From: Eledone cirrhosa
Lineage: Eukaryota
Length of the DNA stretch: 64,000 bases
Direction: 5' to 3'
Assembly: GCA_964016885.1 (NCBI GenBank)
Contig: OZ024741.1
Span: 375,038,001 to 375,102,000, forward strand
Shown: positions 25,946 to 39,327 of the stretch, in pieces
How the letters are laid out: each line of letters begins with the position of its first letter
How positions within the stretch are numbered: the first letter of the stretch is position 1
Translations under genes and position numbers: made by a program
Notes under the pieces: generated by a model
Databases searched by the model: none
Told to the model about the DNA's origin: nothing
What the model saw: only the letters and a program-made list of their open reading frames with translations

Positions 25946-26878
25946 TGTATGTATGTATGTATGTATAAAAGCTTCACGGCACAGGCATTGCTTTGTATCT
26001 GGAGATCTCTCTGCACTTGTCGTCACATGGTACCATGGACCCAGCACTATGTGTCAATAATTGTCACAGGTGTAGTGTTTGTACCAGAGTTTTCAAGTTT
26101 CTGGCTGGACTAAAAAGTCACACTCGTTCAGCGCATCGGTAAGGGTTCTCCTACATGGATATAAAGTAGTGGCCGTACTCGAAAATGAGTTGGCAGCCAC
26201 CATGTATGTATGTATGTATGTATGTATGTATGTATGTATGGGTGCATGCCCCAGCATTACAGTCGACTGTATACTTATCCGGCCTGACATTAGTGCGATC
26301 CCCGATCTCCAATTTTCCATGTAACTTTCATTTTGTAATTAGTCACCATAATTGATGGCGTTTTGTATTGTACTTATTGTACTTAACCATAATAATTGTT
26401 TCTAATTTACTGGTACTTTATTTTATCGACCCCGTAAGGATGAAAGGTAAAGTTACCATAATAATAAAAACGGTTTCTGATTTAGGCACAAGACAACAAT
26501 TTAGGGAAAGGGGAAAATCGATTAAATCGACTCCAGTGCATTACTGGTACTTTATTTTATCGACTTCGTAAGGATGAAGGCCAAAGCTAACCTCGGCAGG
26601 GTTTGAACACAGAACATAAAGGGCCATAACCATAATGTAATAATCCTTTCTATATAATAATAAGAACATTAACAATCGAGGAATACCTGTCTATTGAGCT
26701 GTTGGGAATGTCGTTTTGTTTGTAAACAAGCAATGACCTTGCCCTTGGTGAGACATCGTCAGCGTCAAGGGACGATAAGTGTGGTGGCGGTGAGGAGGGG
26801 AAGGTGGAGGAGGCTGGACACCCTTATGGCTTAGGCAAGCGATAAGAGAGGTGGAACAATTGTGTTTATATCCACCAG

Positions 26879-26927
<49 letters not shown>

Positions 26928-27629
26928 CATACACACATATATATATAGCCTCACCCCATGCCACGAGGAATAGTTTGGCCTTCAGTAACATCAACAACAA
27001 TTAACAACACGTGCTGGATTCGATGAAGATATTAGTCACTGGAGGATGTCCCCTTTCTGGGAGTGGGTTGTCCTCGGAGAACCCGCCATATATACCGGCC
27101 CACCCCCTCCTAAACGTCTGTACCCCCCTCGCTCTCTTTTACTTTTGTCTTTAGAAATACTCCAATCCATTCGACAGACGACACTTGTGGACAGTAGTAG
27201 TAGTAGTAGTAATATGAGGAGGAGGAGGAGGAAATGGGGATATATTTCCCCGCCCTTTTCCTCCTCCTTCTTCCCCCAACTCCCCTTCCTCCTCCACCTC
27301 CTCATCCTCGTCACCTCCTTCACTCTCTTTTTACGTGAGAAAAATCAATGAATCAGGACTTGGGAAATCCTGTCTCTTCGACCAGACTGTTAACTGTTTA
27401 CGTAGATCACGTGATTCATGACATTCTGAAGGACGGTCTGAATCAGCTAAAAATAGATAAGCTATCTGACGTACACACACACACAAACACCCGTCACCCA
27501 CAATCTACCCGCATCACCGTTGCAAGCATGTGAGCATCTTACACAGTCACCAGACCTACTAAAAATAGCAGCCGAATCTTCCTCAAGTCGCCATAAAGTC
27601 TTAGATTATATATATATATATATATATAT

Positions 27630-27915
27630 TTAAAAGTTAAACAAGGTTCAATGAATAAATCAAAGAATGAATTTTACAATAGGTTGGAAGCACTCAACAA
27701 AAATGGTTTTCCAGAGTTATTAATATTAATTCAAAATATTAACAAAATACCATGACTGAATCTTAACCATCTACTATGTCAGGGTATGTCATGCATCATC
27801 TTATTTTATCTGATGAGGACGTACTGTTGAAGTTAACTCAATACCTCTGAAATATGTATAATAAAATATACTTGATCACAAGAATATCTATTTTGTTAAT
27901 ATTTTGAATTAATAT
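27630..27915 (+). mobile_element. Fold-back PLE mini-element in (TA)n
   Basis: Inverted arms 27723-27749 / 27889-27915 around an HHR. Confidence 0.7.
27802..27868 (+). ncRNA. Type I hammerhead ribozyme (stem II imperfect)
   Basis: TATTTTAT-CTGATGA-GGACGTA...TACCTCT-GAAA-TATGTA-TA-ATAAAATA. Confidence 0.7.
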
Positions 27916-28064
27916 ATATATACAAGCAAATTATAAACGTAAACATGTAAGTATGTTTTTGAAACGATGCGCGAGTTTGAAATTAGAGATTAGAAATTAT
28001 AAGCTTTCACCGTATTTTAGACTAAAGAAATTTCTAGCCTGATAGTGGGGTTTATAACCCTCGG

Positions 28065-28120
28065 AGAAATGGAAAAAGATGAGTGTTGCCGTACGGCAAC
28101 ACTCATCTTTTTCCATTTCT
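28065..28120. repeat. Perfect 56-bp palindrome
   Basis: AGAAATGGAAAAAGATGAGTGTTGCCGT|ACGGCAACACTCATCTTTTTCCATTTCT. Confidence 0.9.
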
Positions 28121-28483
28121 GTAGAGAAGACGTATGTATATTTTCTTACTATGATAATTTGTAATATATTTTACATAGATCAATAATAGAATGGACATAC
28201 GGGGAACTACTCCCCAGAAACGATCGTAAAATAATGAGTTTTACTATGAATTAACCGTTTTTTGTTTAATTTCATTGTTTTCACTATTTGTATATATATA
28301 TATATATATATATATGTAGATAAATCTACCAAGATTGCTCCTATTTTCACGGAAATATTCGTATTTTTGTACTGTATGTGTGTATTAATTTTATATTTAT
28401 GTATATACATATATATGTATGATTTTGTAAACCCATATACATTTAGTTGAGCTCTTTCAATTGTCCATCATCCATATCTAAAG

Positions 28484-28632
28484 ATTATTTCTGAAGACGG
28501 CATATATGTGTGTTTGGTATGTATATTTAATCTTGATAGTTTGTATAATTTTGTATAATTTTGTACATAGATCTGTTGAATATGCATGCCAATTCTAACA
28601 CATATATATCCTAGAAACGATCGTTAAATAAT
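28484..28632 (+). ncRNA. Type I hammerhead ribozyme with a long stem/loop II
   Basis: ATTATTT-CTGAAGA-CGGCATATATGTG...(116 nt in all)...CACATATATATCCTA-GAAA-CGATCG-TT-AAATAAT. Family 3' halves also occur at 28218(+) and about 49465-49492(-). Confidence 0.7.
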
Positions 28633-28689
28633 GAACTTTTTTTGTTTAATATAAGGAACTGTTTCATTGTGTTATTCATTATTCTTTTA

Positions 28690-29654
<965 letters not shown>

Positions 29655-29693
29655 AAATGTGTGAAATCCTTGGTACAGTTAGGTATATTTAAC

Positions 29694-30041
29694 AAAAGGA
29701 AAAGAATGACTTCACTTGTAGTTCTAAACAATTTAATTTAATTTTATAATATTATGATTTTACAATTTGGCTTTGTAATCTAGTAAGTTCTTTGTTAACT
29801 TCGGTGGGGAGAATTTTAAAGATTCCTGGTTAACTTTCCTGGAGAACTTTCTCGCATTCTAAATCGCCACCGACGAATGCGAGAAAGTTCTCCAGGAAAG
29901 TTAACCAGGAATCTTTAAAATTCTCCCCACCGAAGTTAACAAAGAACTTACTAGATCTACAAAGCCAAATTGTAAAATCATAATATTATAAAATTAAATT
30001 AAATTGTTTAGAACTACAAGTGAAGTCATTCTTTTCCTTTT
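29694..30041. repeat. Near-perfect inverted repeat, about 166-bp arms, 15-bp loop, between (TA)n tracts
   Basis: AAAAGGAAAAGAATGACTTCAC...TCTCGCATTC / GAATGCGAGA...GTGAAGTCATTCTTTTCCTTTT; probable PLE fold-back. Confidence 0.85.
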
Positions 30042-30144
30042 TTTAATTATATATATATATATATAGACCGAACTCAAAATCCGAATAAGGTGAAACATTT
30101 GTTCTCCGTATCGTGAATTAACTGTTGTCTCTCTCTCACCCCCC

Positions 30145-30178
<34 letters not shown>

Positions 30179-31119
30179 CAACATATCTGATGAATACACA
30201 TGTTCCTTCTTCTTCTCACTTTCTATCCTTCTATTTCATCTTTTATTTCTCATTCTATCGTCTAATGAAGAACTAGTGTCCGAAACGTTAAAACTCTGGG
30301 AGACGTAAGACATGGCGACGATGATGAAGGACAGAGACCACTGGAGAGAACTAGTCCATGGATCTCTGAAATTTTACCCGCTTTAGATAGCTAGATATAC
30401 ACACACACACGTATATAATTACGACCACCAATTGTCTTAACGAACATTAATATGTCCAGGTTAAACCAAAGCCAACCCCGAAGTCAAGCAAACGTAAACT
30501 ATACACATATATTCGATCTCACAGACCAGACACAGCCCCCCCCCCCACACACTGACACACACACACACACACACACATACACACATACACACACACACAC
30601 ACATACACACACATACACACACACACACATATATGTATGTATGTGTATATAAAAGATGCATTATACAATGTAATTATACATACACAAAAATATGTGATTG
30701 TCACGGTTGGAACACCCTTCATCATAGTTCTGTTAGTACAGTGTTGAACTGAGGTTAAACAACAGCTTATTACACGTGAAAGATGTCTTTATTTCAGCTG
30801 TTTCATGAAGAATTATCATTTCAGAGTTGCTTCCCAGTTTGCTGTTATCTTTTACATTATTCGTATGAAAATTACTCAAGTTTTACCTCTTATTCAGGAA
30901 AAGAAGTTGAATTGCGAGCTCCAGCGAGAGTTGAACTAGCATCACTTTGGCAATCTTTTATTTCTTTTGACTCTTTACATTCTCTGTTCAAATCACAACT
31001 ATGTCTGTCCTTCCGGTGTCGGTCAATAAAATAAAGTACCAGTACAGTACTGCATTTCACCTCCTCCCAAAAATTAGTACCTTGTGTCTATGTTGTATGT
31101 ATATATATATAAAACCGTA

Positions 31120-31420
31120 ACTCCTGATGGATTATAGTGGCGCTGAAGTGACATAACTCGGGCATTTTAAATATTGCAGAGCACAGCCGATTTCTTCCAG
31201 CGAAGGAGAGAAACGGTGAGAGAGAGAGAGAGAAAATGAAAGAGAGTGGGGGAGAAGGGGATATAGATAACTCAAATATAGAACTGTTACGTTTTTATCG
31301 ACCTTCAAAAGACTAAATGCAAAGTTGATCTCAATGGGTTTTGAACTCAGAGTGCAGAGAGCGGGAACAAATACTGCAAAGCATTCTATCCGACGTTCTA
31401 TCAACTCTGCCAATTCGCAG
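31120..31420 (-). mobile_element. Deu/Nin SINE, long-tailed subfamily (degenerate)
   Basis: Nin core plus a 3' extension shared with 39480-39870(-), 53810-54163(-), 62900-63270(+) and 63430-63620(-). Confidence 0.6.
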
Positions 31421-32316
31421 CCTTCTTGTGTCTATGCTAGAAACCATTAATATCATGATATACTTTCACAATTCGTTCTATGATGAAGTCGAAAAATTTT
31501 GTAAACAATTTGTGAATAAATCGATAAAAAGCAAAACAACAGTGTCTGGCCCTCTAAGACACAAAGAAATGGAACGGGAAGAGTGGAGTAGTACGTACGA
31601 AACACTCGACATCAGCCCCACTTTGTCTATACCATCATCTTCATTGTCTCTGCTTGACACACCACTCTCTTCTTCTTCTCATCTACATCATCTATTGTAT
31701 CTCTTTATTCTAATGTGACTGATGACAAAGAGCGACAGTAGAGGCAGGCTTGACAATAACAATAACAAGACCAGGAATCGGGAATTTGGTAAGGGGAAAG
31801 CAGAGAAATGAAATAGGTAGTGGCAAGGTTGCAGAGTTGAGTAGGGTGTGGGAGATAGAAGTCCTCGTTAGAAATATTCATCTTAGCCAATAAATTACAA
31901 TTTTCGTCCATTTCGATTTTCGAGGTTCTAATTTCATTTTGTTTACTCGATGTCTGATTCACTGTATGTGTTTCTGTGTAAATCTTTGTAAATCTGTCGG
32001 CCTATATATGTGTGCTTGCGTATCTGTAAGTATATGTCTGTATGTGTGCCTCTATGTGTATATATGAATGAGTATACCCAAGTGTGTGTGTGTTATGACT
32101 GTTGTGTGTCATGCATATGTGTATTTGTCACTTACAATAACCTATTCTATATGCATATCAATTCACTTTAGCAGCGTGACTTCTTACCCGGAGCGATGAA
32201 ATTAAGTAAAAAACGATGGACTTCCAGATAAGGTATTATTACAAAAACGCATGATGATAATAAAGTCTGTTGAAGGAATCCTATTTTCTCCACTTTCTAA
32301 TTTTATTAATCATGTC

Positions 32317-32463
<147 letters not shown>

Positions 32464-32549
32464 ATGAAATCGAAAATGCAACTGGAGTCTTATTTAAAAA
32501 AAAATATATATATATTTATTTGGTTCCTTTACCCTCCATCTCAACTCTA

Positions 32550-32585
32550 CTTTTGAAAAGCAGAAGAACTGCGAAACCGGTAAAG
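32550..32585 (+). ncRNA. Minimal hammerhead fold, U3-A8 variant, in fold-back element 32455-32722
   Basis: CTT-TTGAAAA-GCAG(AAGAA)CTGC-GAAA-CCGG-TA-AAG; inverted arms about 32458-32533 / 32579-32651. Confidence 0.65.
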
Positions 32586-32721
32586 GAACCAAATAAATAT
32601 ATATATTTTTTTTAAATAAGACTCGAGTTGCATTTTCGATTTCACCTTTTTTTCTTTATACTTTCACTCGTGTAGGACACCTCGGTTATTTTTAATTTTG
32701 TAAAAAAAACCTCACTTTCTA

Positions 32722-32792
<71 letters not shown>

Positions 32793-32856
32793 CACATTTG
32801 CAACAACACAGCACGCCATTTTTCATTCCTATATATATATATTATATACACACATT

Positions 32857-32942
<86 letters not shown>

Positions 32943-32963
32943 ACGCGCGCCCGCGCGCGCACG

Positions 32964-32995
<32 letters not shown>

Positions 32996-33385
32996 TGTAT
33001 ATATACAATTTTGAAATATAATAGAAAACATTTCTTATCAGAATACTCACAGAATTAGTTATATAATAACAGTAAACTACTCTAACTATTTACATCACAT
33101 CATTGAAAGTTCATTGTTGTTTAAACCTGCAGATAATAGATTTAAACTGACAAGGTATTTTATGCTAGCACACGCTAAGTATCTGAAGATTTTTATGTAA
33201 CGACAGCTAAAGAAAGAAATCAAATCCGACAAAGTAAGAATCATCCTATTATGTTAATGTTAAAAATCAAACCAGTTACACTCACACTGTATGATGAAAA
33301 TTGAGGTAAAAATTTATAAATAAATTCTTACTCGAAAGCGAAAATAGCTTCTTAAAAAGGCAAGAGCTGATATGTAAACTGAATG

Positions 33386-33427
<42 letters not shown>

Positions 33428-33462
33428 CACATGAATCAAAATTCTGTTCAAACCATTTATTA

Positions 33463-33507
33463 GCTTACAATTGTTTCGTCTAAACCGAGGTTTGGAGTCT
33501 TCGGAGC
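33463..33507 (-). ncRNA. Hammerhead fold, U4C variant (left arm)
   Basis: Minus strand GCT-CCGAAGA-CTCCAAAC(CTCG)GTTTAGAC-GAAA-CAATTG-TA-AGC. Confidence 0.55.
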
Positions 33508-34068
33508 AATTTATCAATGATTGTTTACATACATGACCTCCTTTCCAACACAAGAGACATACAGAGACATATGTATATATCGATGCACAGTGGGGTGCAT
33601 TATAATATTTTTGCATGGCAATTTAAATTCAAAAATTAAAATCATATTAACATTATTTTGCTTCTCATTTTTAATATTTCTCTGCACACAAGCTTCTTTA
33701 TCATACATAAAAAATACTTTACCAATACAACCCCCATAATACTCTTGATTACCCGCTTGTATTGCATATAACACCTTGCCGCACAATAATCTTGTATAAA
33801 TAAGACACACGTGCATGCCCCACGTGTAACTATTGCATACACTAACTACTTCAAACTATCCTCTTGCATTATCTTCGTAAACTGCCGATGTTGTATTTTA
33901 ACTTTAATTTTGTTTTAATTTTCTTTTAATATGATTTTAATTTTTGAATTTGCCATGCAAAAATATTATAATGGATGTCACCCCACTGTGCATCGATATA
34001 TACATATGTCTCTGTATGTCTCTTGTGTTGGAAAGGAGGTCATGTATGTAAACAATCATTGAAAAATT

Positions 34069-34113
34069 GCTCCGAAGACTCCAAACATCGGTTTGGACGA
34101 AACAATTGTAAGC
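34069..34113 (+). ncRNA. Hammerhead fold, U4C variant (right arm)
   Basis: GCT-CCGAAGA-CTCCAAAC(ATCG)GTTTGGAC-GAAA-CAATTG-TA-AGC. Confidence 0.6.
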
Positions 34114-34379
34114 TAATAAATGGTTTGAACAGAACTTTGATTCATGTGATTTCTATATAACTGCTCTGTAGAACAACTGATGTTATTACATTGAGCTATT
34201 TATCTTACTGGTAGTAATAAATTACTGTCTTTCACTGTTTAGGGTTTAAAATATATATAACTATAAAAAGTTTTAGTATATACATAACCATAAATAGTAT
34301 CTTTAATACTATATATATATATATATATATATATGAATAAACACTGTTATCTCTGATCGAGACGAAGCGAAGGTATATT

Positions 34380-34802
34380 TGAATCTATAGAAAATTGAGA
34401 AAATTCAACGCAAGAATAGCTGTTAAAACACCCGAATGCTGTCAATGACAGCGTTAGGTAAAGCTCAGAGGACAGAGATCAGTGGTTAGTAACAATCCCT
34501 GTTACTTCAATGCGACAACATACTTCTCCTTGTTCTCCTTAGTAGGGTAACCACCTAGTGCTACATATTTATTTCTCTTGCCATACAATACGTTCTCTAT
34601 TGTTTGGAATCATAAAATCTTGTCTTTTATCTTCTCTCTCTCAATCGTTTCTGTATTTCATCTACCTGCTACCCCCTCATGGATTATCTCTCTACCGACC
34701 ACTAGCCACCGATCTCTGTTCTCTGTTCAACGCTGTCATTGATAGCAATTGGCTGTTTTAACAGCTATTTTTGCGTTGAGTTTTCTCAATTTTCTTTGAA
34801 TT

Positions 34803-34803
<1 letters not shown>
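34380..34803. repeat. Diverged inverted repeat (about 75-bp arms) between (TA)n tracts
   Basis: AGAAAATTGAGAAAATTCAACGCAAGAATAGCTGTTAAAACA..TCAATGACAGCGTT versus its reverse complement at 34729-34797. Confidence 0.7.
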
Positions 34804-34840
<37 letters not shown>

Positions 34841-34993
34841 TAAACAGCTACAACAGTAACATATACAGGTACTTAAGTTTCGTTGGGTTCTGGACCTCAA
34901 CTCATTCAGCCTGTCATAAGAATAATAAAGATGGCCCCCGGAGGTTGAATTTGGTTTCCTTTCTGAATATTACTCGAGAGTTCAAACAAAGGC

Positions 34994-35219
34994 AATGCAA
35001 CTGGAGTCTTTTTAAGAATATTTATTTATTTCCTTTGCCGGTTTCACAGTTCTTATGCTTCTTAATTCTACGTTTGAAAAGTATAAGAACTGTGAAACGG
35101 GCAAAGGAAATAAATGAATATTTAAAAAAAGACTCCAGTTGCATTTTCGATTTCTTTTCCTTATACTTCCACCCGTGTAGGACATCTCGATTTTTTAAAA
35201 TTAAAAACCCTCATTTTCT

Positions 35220-35222
<3 letters not shown>
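34994..35222 (+). mobile_element. Fold-back PLE mini-element (32455 family) with a decayed HHR
   Basis: TTGAAAA-GTATAAGAACTGT-GAAA-CGGGCA-AAGG; inverted arm 34994-35056. Confidence 0.65.
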
Positions 35223-35276
<54 letters not shown>

Positions 35277-35576
35277 GATATATGTGTGGGAATAAACTGG
35301 TTTGATTTTTAACATTAACATAATAGGATGACTCTTACTTTGTCGAATTTGATTTCTTTCTTTATTTGTCGTTACTTAATCTTAAAATCTTTAGATACTT
35401 AGCGTGTGCTAGCATAAAATACCTTGTCAGTTTAAATCTATTATCTGCAGGTTTAGACAACAATGAACTTTCAATGATGTGATGTAAATAGTTAGAGTAG
35501 TTTACTGTTATTATATAACTAATTCTGTAAGTATACTGATAAGAAATTTTTTTCATTATGTTTCAAAAATATGTAT

Positions 35577-35630
<54 letters not shown>

Positions 35631-35786
35631 GCATCATTAATAAAATTAGAAAGTAGAGAAAATAGGATTCCTTCAACAGACTTTATTATCATCATATCAT
35701 GATGCATTTTTGTAATAATTGTTTCTACTTTCGGCACAAGGCCAGCAATTACTCCCAGTGCATTACTGGTTCTTTATTTTAATACC

Positions 35787-37258
35787 TTGTCCGGGGCTCA
35801 GCTAACGCCCAATGACGCCGCCTTTTTTCTCGGCTCTCCAATTCTCTCGAAAGCCACACGAGAGTGCCTGGAGAACAAACACGCAGACCTGTCGCGAATG
35901 GCAGAGAGGCTGCGCATCATTGACGCTCATACGGCGTTCTTCCTCTTGAACTGCTTCGCTCTTCCAAAACTTTCGTTCACGCTGCGTGGTGCATCTTGTC
36001 ACCCCCACACAAATTACCTCGATGAACTCGACGCCACCATCCGATGCTATGCATAACTCATCTGCAAAGTCAGTTTCGACAGCGCCGGCTGGTAACAGGC
36101 GAAGCTCCAAGTGAGGTCGGTGGTCTCGGTCCGATCCACTTCCGATCTGGTACTACCGCCCTACTTTTCCTCAATCTCCTCCAGTCGCACCCTCGTCAGC
36201 GAGGTTCTCAGCAAATCGGCCGAACCTGACGTGGCCTTAAAACTTGAGCAGGCTCTGGCAGACTGGACAGACCAAGGCCTCTCTGTCCCTCAGTATAAAA
36301 ACGTTACTGGACGACATCAAATGCAGATCTTCCGTCAGGTGGATCGAGTCTGGTTGGACCAACACCGCCTCGCCTGCCTCTGACCCACTTCATAGCCAAA
36401 CAGTGGTGTATGGCACAATGCGGTGCCCTCCTCACCAACGGGTACCCTTCCTTGATGACGGGTGCAGTCTCATCGGAGTGACTCAACGCCTCGGTCTCCA
36501 CGTGTGTGAGTCGCACAAATGCCGTTGTGGGGCTGTCGTTGACGAGTTTGGCCTGCACCCACTCTCATGCCACCAGAGCGCAGGCCAATTCCCCCAACAT
36601 GTCGCTCTCAACGACATATTGAGAAGGTTGGCGTCCCATCACAACTAGAGCCAGCAAACCTCGACCACAGAGACGGCAAGCAGTCTGACGGAATTACCCT
36701 CTTCCCATTTGAAGGAGGTAAAGACCTCACCCGGATGTCACATGCTGTGATGCATTTTGTGAGCCCAACTGAGTCTTTTCGGTCAAAAACCCTGGTACTA
36801 CGGCCCTCAGGCGCCCTCGAACCTCATACTGCCGAGCTCTTCCGTAAAATCCGAACGTCAGCAGCCTGTCCGGGGAAGGAGCCTCGTGAGGTGGCGTGGC
36901 TGTTGCAGCAGGCGTCATTGGCCATTGTCCGCGGAAATGCATTTGTAGTTTTGTCCGCAGGGCGCAGCCGAAACACCACCTCGCCCTAGGCATTCAGCCT
37001 ATCAACCTTTCGCCTCCGCTTTCTTCCGTGGCCTAATAGTCCTTGCTTTTCCCCTCCTTTTCCTCTCATCTATGGCATTTATAGTCCTTTCCTCTACTTT
37101 CCTTTTCAGTCAGACTTGCCTTTCTTTACCTCTTCCTCCTTCTGTTCATTAATTAATTTTGTTTTTATTTTCTTTTTCATATTTCCATAATTATATAACT
37201 TCTTTTTGTAAAATATAGTTGACATAATTTGTTTACGTGTATTTAATGTATATAATTA
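35787..37258 (+). mobile_element. CRE-clade non-LTR retrotransposon, 5'-truncated and frameshifted
   Basis: FLGSPI; AHTAFFLL.CFALPKL..LR; GGLG; CRCG..D..GLH.LSC....G...H..LN (CCHC); EP..L...DGK..DG.TL.P...GK (RLE); LQQASLAIVRGNA; then a pyrimidine/AT-rich 3' UTR. Confidence 0.85.
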
Positions 37259-37650
37259 ATAATTGTTACTACTTTTTGGCACAAGGCCAGCAATTACCCA
37301 GTACATTACTGGTACTTTATTTTATCGACCCCGTAAGGATGAAAGGCAAAGTTAACCTCGGTGGGATTTGAACTCAGAATGGCAAGGGCCGTAACTCTAT
37401 GCGTCAAAGCATGGCGTCCGACCCTCTACCGATACTGCCAATCCACCAATCCAATGTATATAATTAATAATTGTTTCTACTTTTTGGCACAAGGTCAGCA
37501 ATTACCCAGTGTATTACTGGTACTTTATTTTATCGACCCCGTAATGATGAAAGGCAAAGTCAACCTCAGCGGGATTTGAACTCAGATCGTTAAGGGACGT
37601 AACTATACTGGAAAGCATGGCATCCGACCCTCTACCGATACTGCCAATCC
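37259..37650 (-). mobile_element. Two tandem Deu/Nin SINEs
   Basis: The first copy is flanked by the direct repeat AATGTATATAATTAAT (TSD), so it inserted at the tail of the second. Confidence 0.9.
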
Positions 37651-37653
37651 AAA

Positions 37654-37871
37654 TTAATAATAAGTATAGAAGAGGTGCCAAATTTTCATTAAGTTTATTC
37701 AGGTGTGACGCGCGTTTCGCGATTGATCAGTTCAATGTTCGATCAGTATCGACGGAATGAATCAGGTACAGCTGATAGATATTGAACCTTGAGCTGATCA
37801 ATCGCGAAACGCGAGTCATACCTGAATAAACTTAATGAAAATTTGACATCTCGTCCATACTTGTTATTAAT
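37654..37871. mobile_element. Fold-back PLE mini-element with HHR 3' halves
   Basis: About 90-bp inverted arms containing GAAA-CGCG(C/A)G-TC-A(C/T)ACCTG. Confidence 0.65.
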
Positions 37872-37977
37872 ATTACACTCTGCATAGTGCAACCTCAAAA
37901 TACAAACTGAAGACTTGGTATCGAGTTCTCACTTTGGTGAACCAATAGTAACTTGATGTTACAATCCCTGTATATAC

Positions 37978-38132
<155 letters not shown>

Positions 38133-38875
38133 ATAGGTTTACTGCTGAGTGCTGCCCGGCAACAATGAACATCAGGGCTGCAAAGACTGAGACACTCGTC
38201 CTCTCAACGAAGCCTGCGCAGCGAACTCTATATGTGAAGGAAGTTCCACTGAAGCAGGTGGAGAAGTTCAAGTATCTCGGGGCCGTGTTCATAAGTGGTG
38301 AATGGCGGGGGGCTGAATTAAGTGCAAGAATTGCAGCAGCTGGTGCAGTAATGTACCAGCTTCAGCATTCGGTCATCAGGAGAAGGGAGGTAGGTGTAAA
38401 AGCCAAAGTCGCTATCTTCAATCAGTATTCGTGCCAACCCTTACCTATGGTCATGAATCGTGGGTAATGACCGAAAGAATACAATCGCGAATACAAGTAG
38501 CTGAAATAGGCGTTCCTCCGAAATATATTTGGAGTAACGTTACTCAATAGAGTGTGTAGCTCGGAGATCAGAGAGTCGCTCCAGGTAGAGCCGCTGCTTT
38601 TCCAAATTTATGAGATTACAGCTCCGATATTACAGGCATGTTAGAATATCTCATGAAAGAATCGTTAGACAGATTTTACAGACAAAGCCAGCCTACAGGA
38701 AGCCCAGAGATAGATGGTTGAATAACATCCATGAGTTCGGTTGGTCTTGCTTGGGGATCCAGCTGGATCAATGGTAGACGGTTGCTTTTGACAGGACCCT
38801 CAGTATGGTGTGTGTGAGAACTCTGTCCACACGTCTCTTCTAGGAATAAGTGGGCAAAAGATAAGAAGCGGAGAA
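38133..38875 (+). mobile_element. RTE LINE 3' fragment
   Basis: MNIRAAKTETLV...LKQVEKFKYLG...ARIAAA...PTLTYGHESW...; terminus GGAATAAGTGGGC. Confidence 0.9.
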
Positions 38876-39018
38876 TCAGAATCTTTAAAACTTTTAAATA
38901 CTTTGCAAACGACAGAGAACTTTATCGGGTTTGACGTAATATTTACATATATTGACTAAATATTTAAAGATTAATGTTGGTATGTAGCTGAATGTTACAG
39001 CCACAGCAGCACTGCTGC

Positions 39019-39054
<36 letters not shown>

Positions 39055-39061
39055 AACAGCA

Positions 39062-39327
39062 AGTCAAGACAAGAACGCATTCAATAAAGCCTTTAGAGAG
39101 AAACAAGAACAGGCAGGGAAAAAGATGGCTCTCCATGGCAAATTTCCAGCTGCCATTACAGACATTGCTGATCCTAGGTCTTGGCTTTTGCTTAGGTCAG
39201 ATTGGGTTAATAAGAGCACTGAGGCTATTATTATTGCTGCACAAGACCAGGCAATCAGAACCATTTGGGTGAAATCTAAAATCGATGAACAAAATTTGGG
39301 TGAAATCTAAAATCGATGAACAAAATT
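39062..39327 (+). mobile_element. R4/Dong-like non-LTR fragment
   Basis: LHGKF...SW.LL......TEA.IIAAQDQAIRT motif; ends in a short tandem duplication. Confidence 0.7.

Larger units (their letters stand above)
33419..34159. mobile_element. Fold-back PLE element with an HHR in each arm
   Basis: Arms about 33419-33650 / 33928-34159. Confidence 0.8.

Noticed and set aside
37247-37470. Whole-SINE target duplication caused by a micro-truncated CRE insertion
   Set aside because: The repeated AATGTATATAATTAAT is more simply the SINE's own TSD, matching 13-14 bp TSDs at solitary copies.
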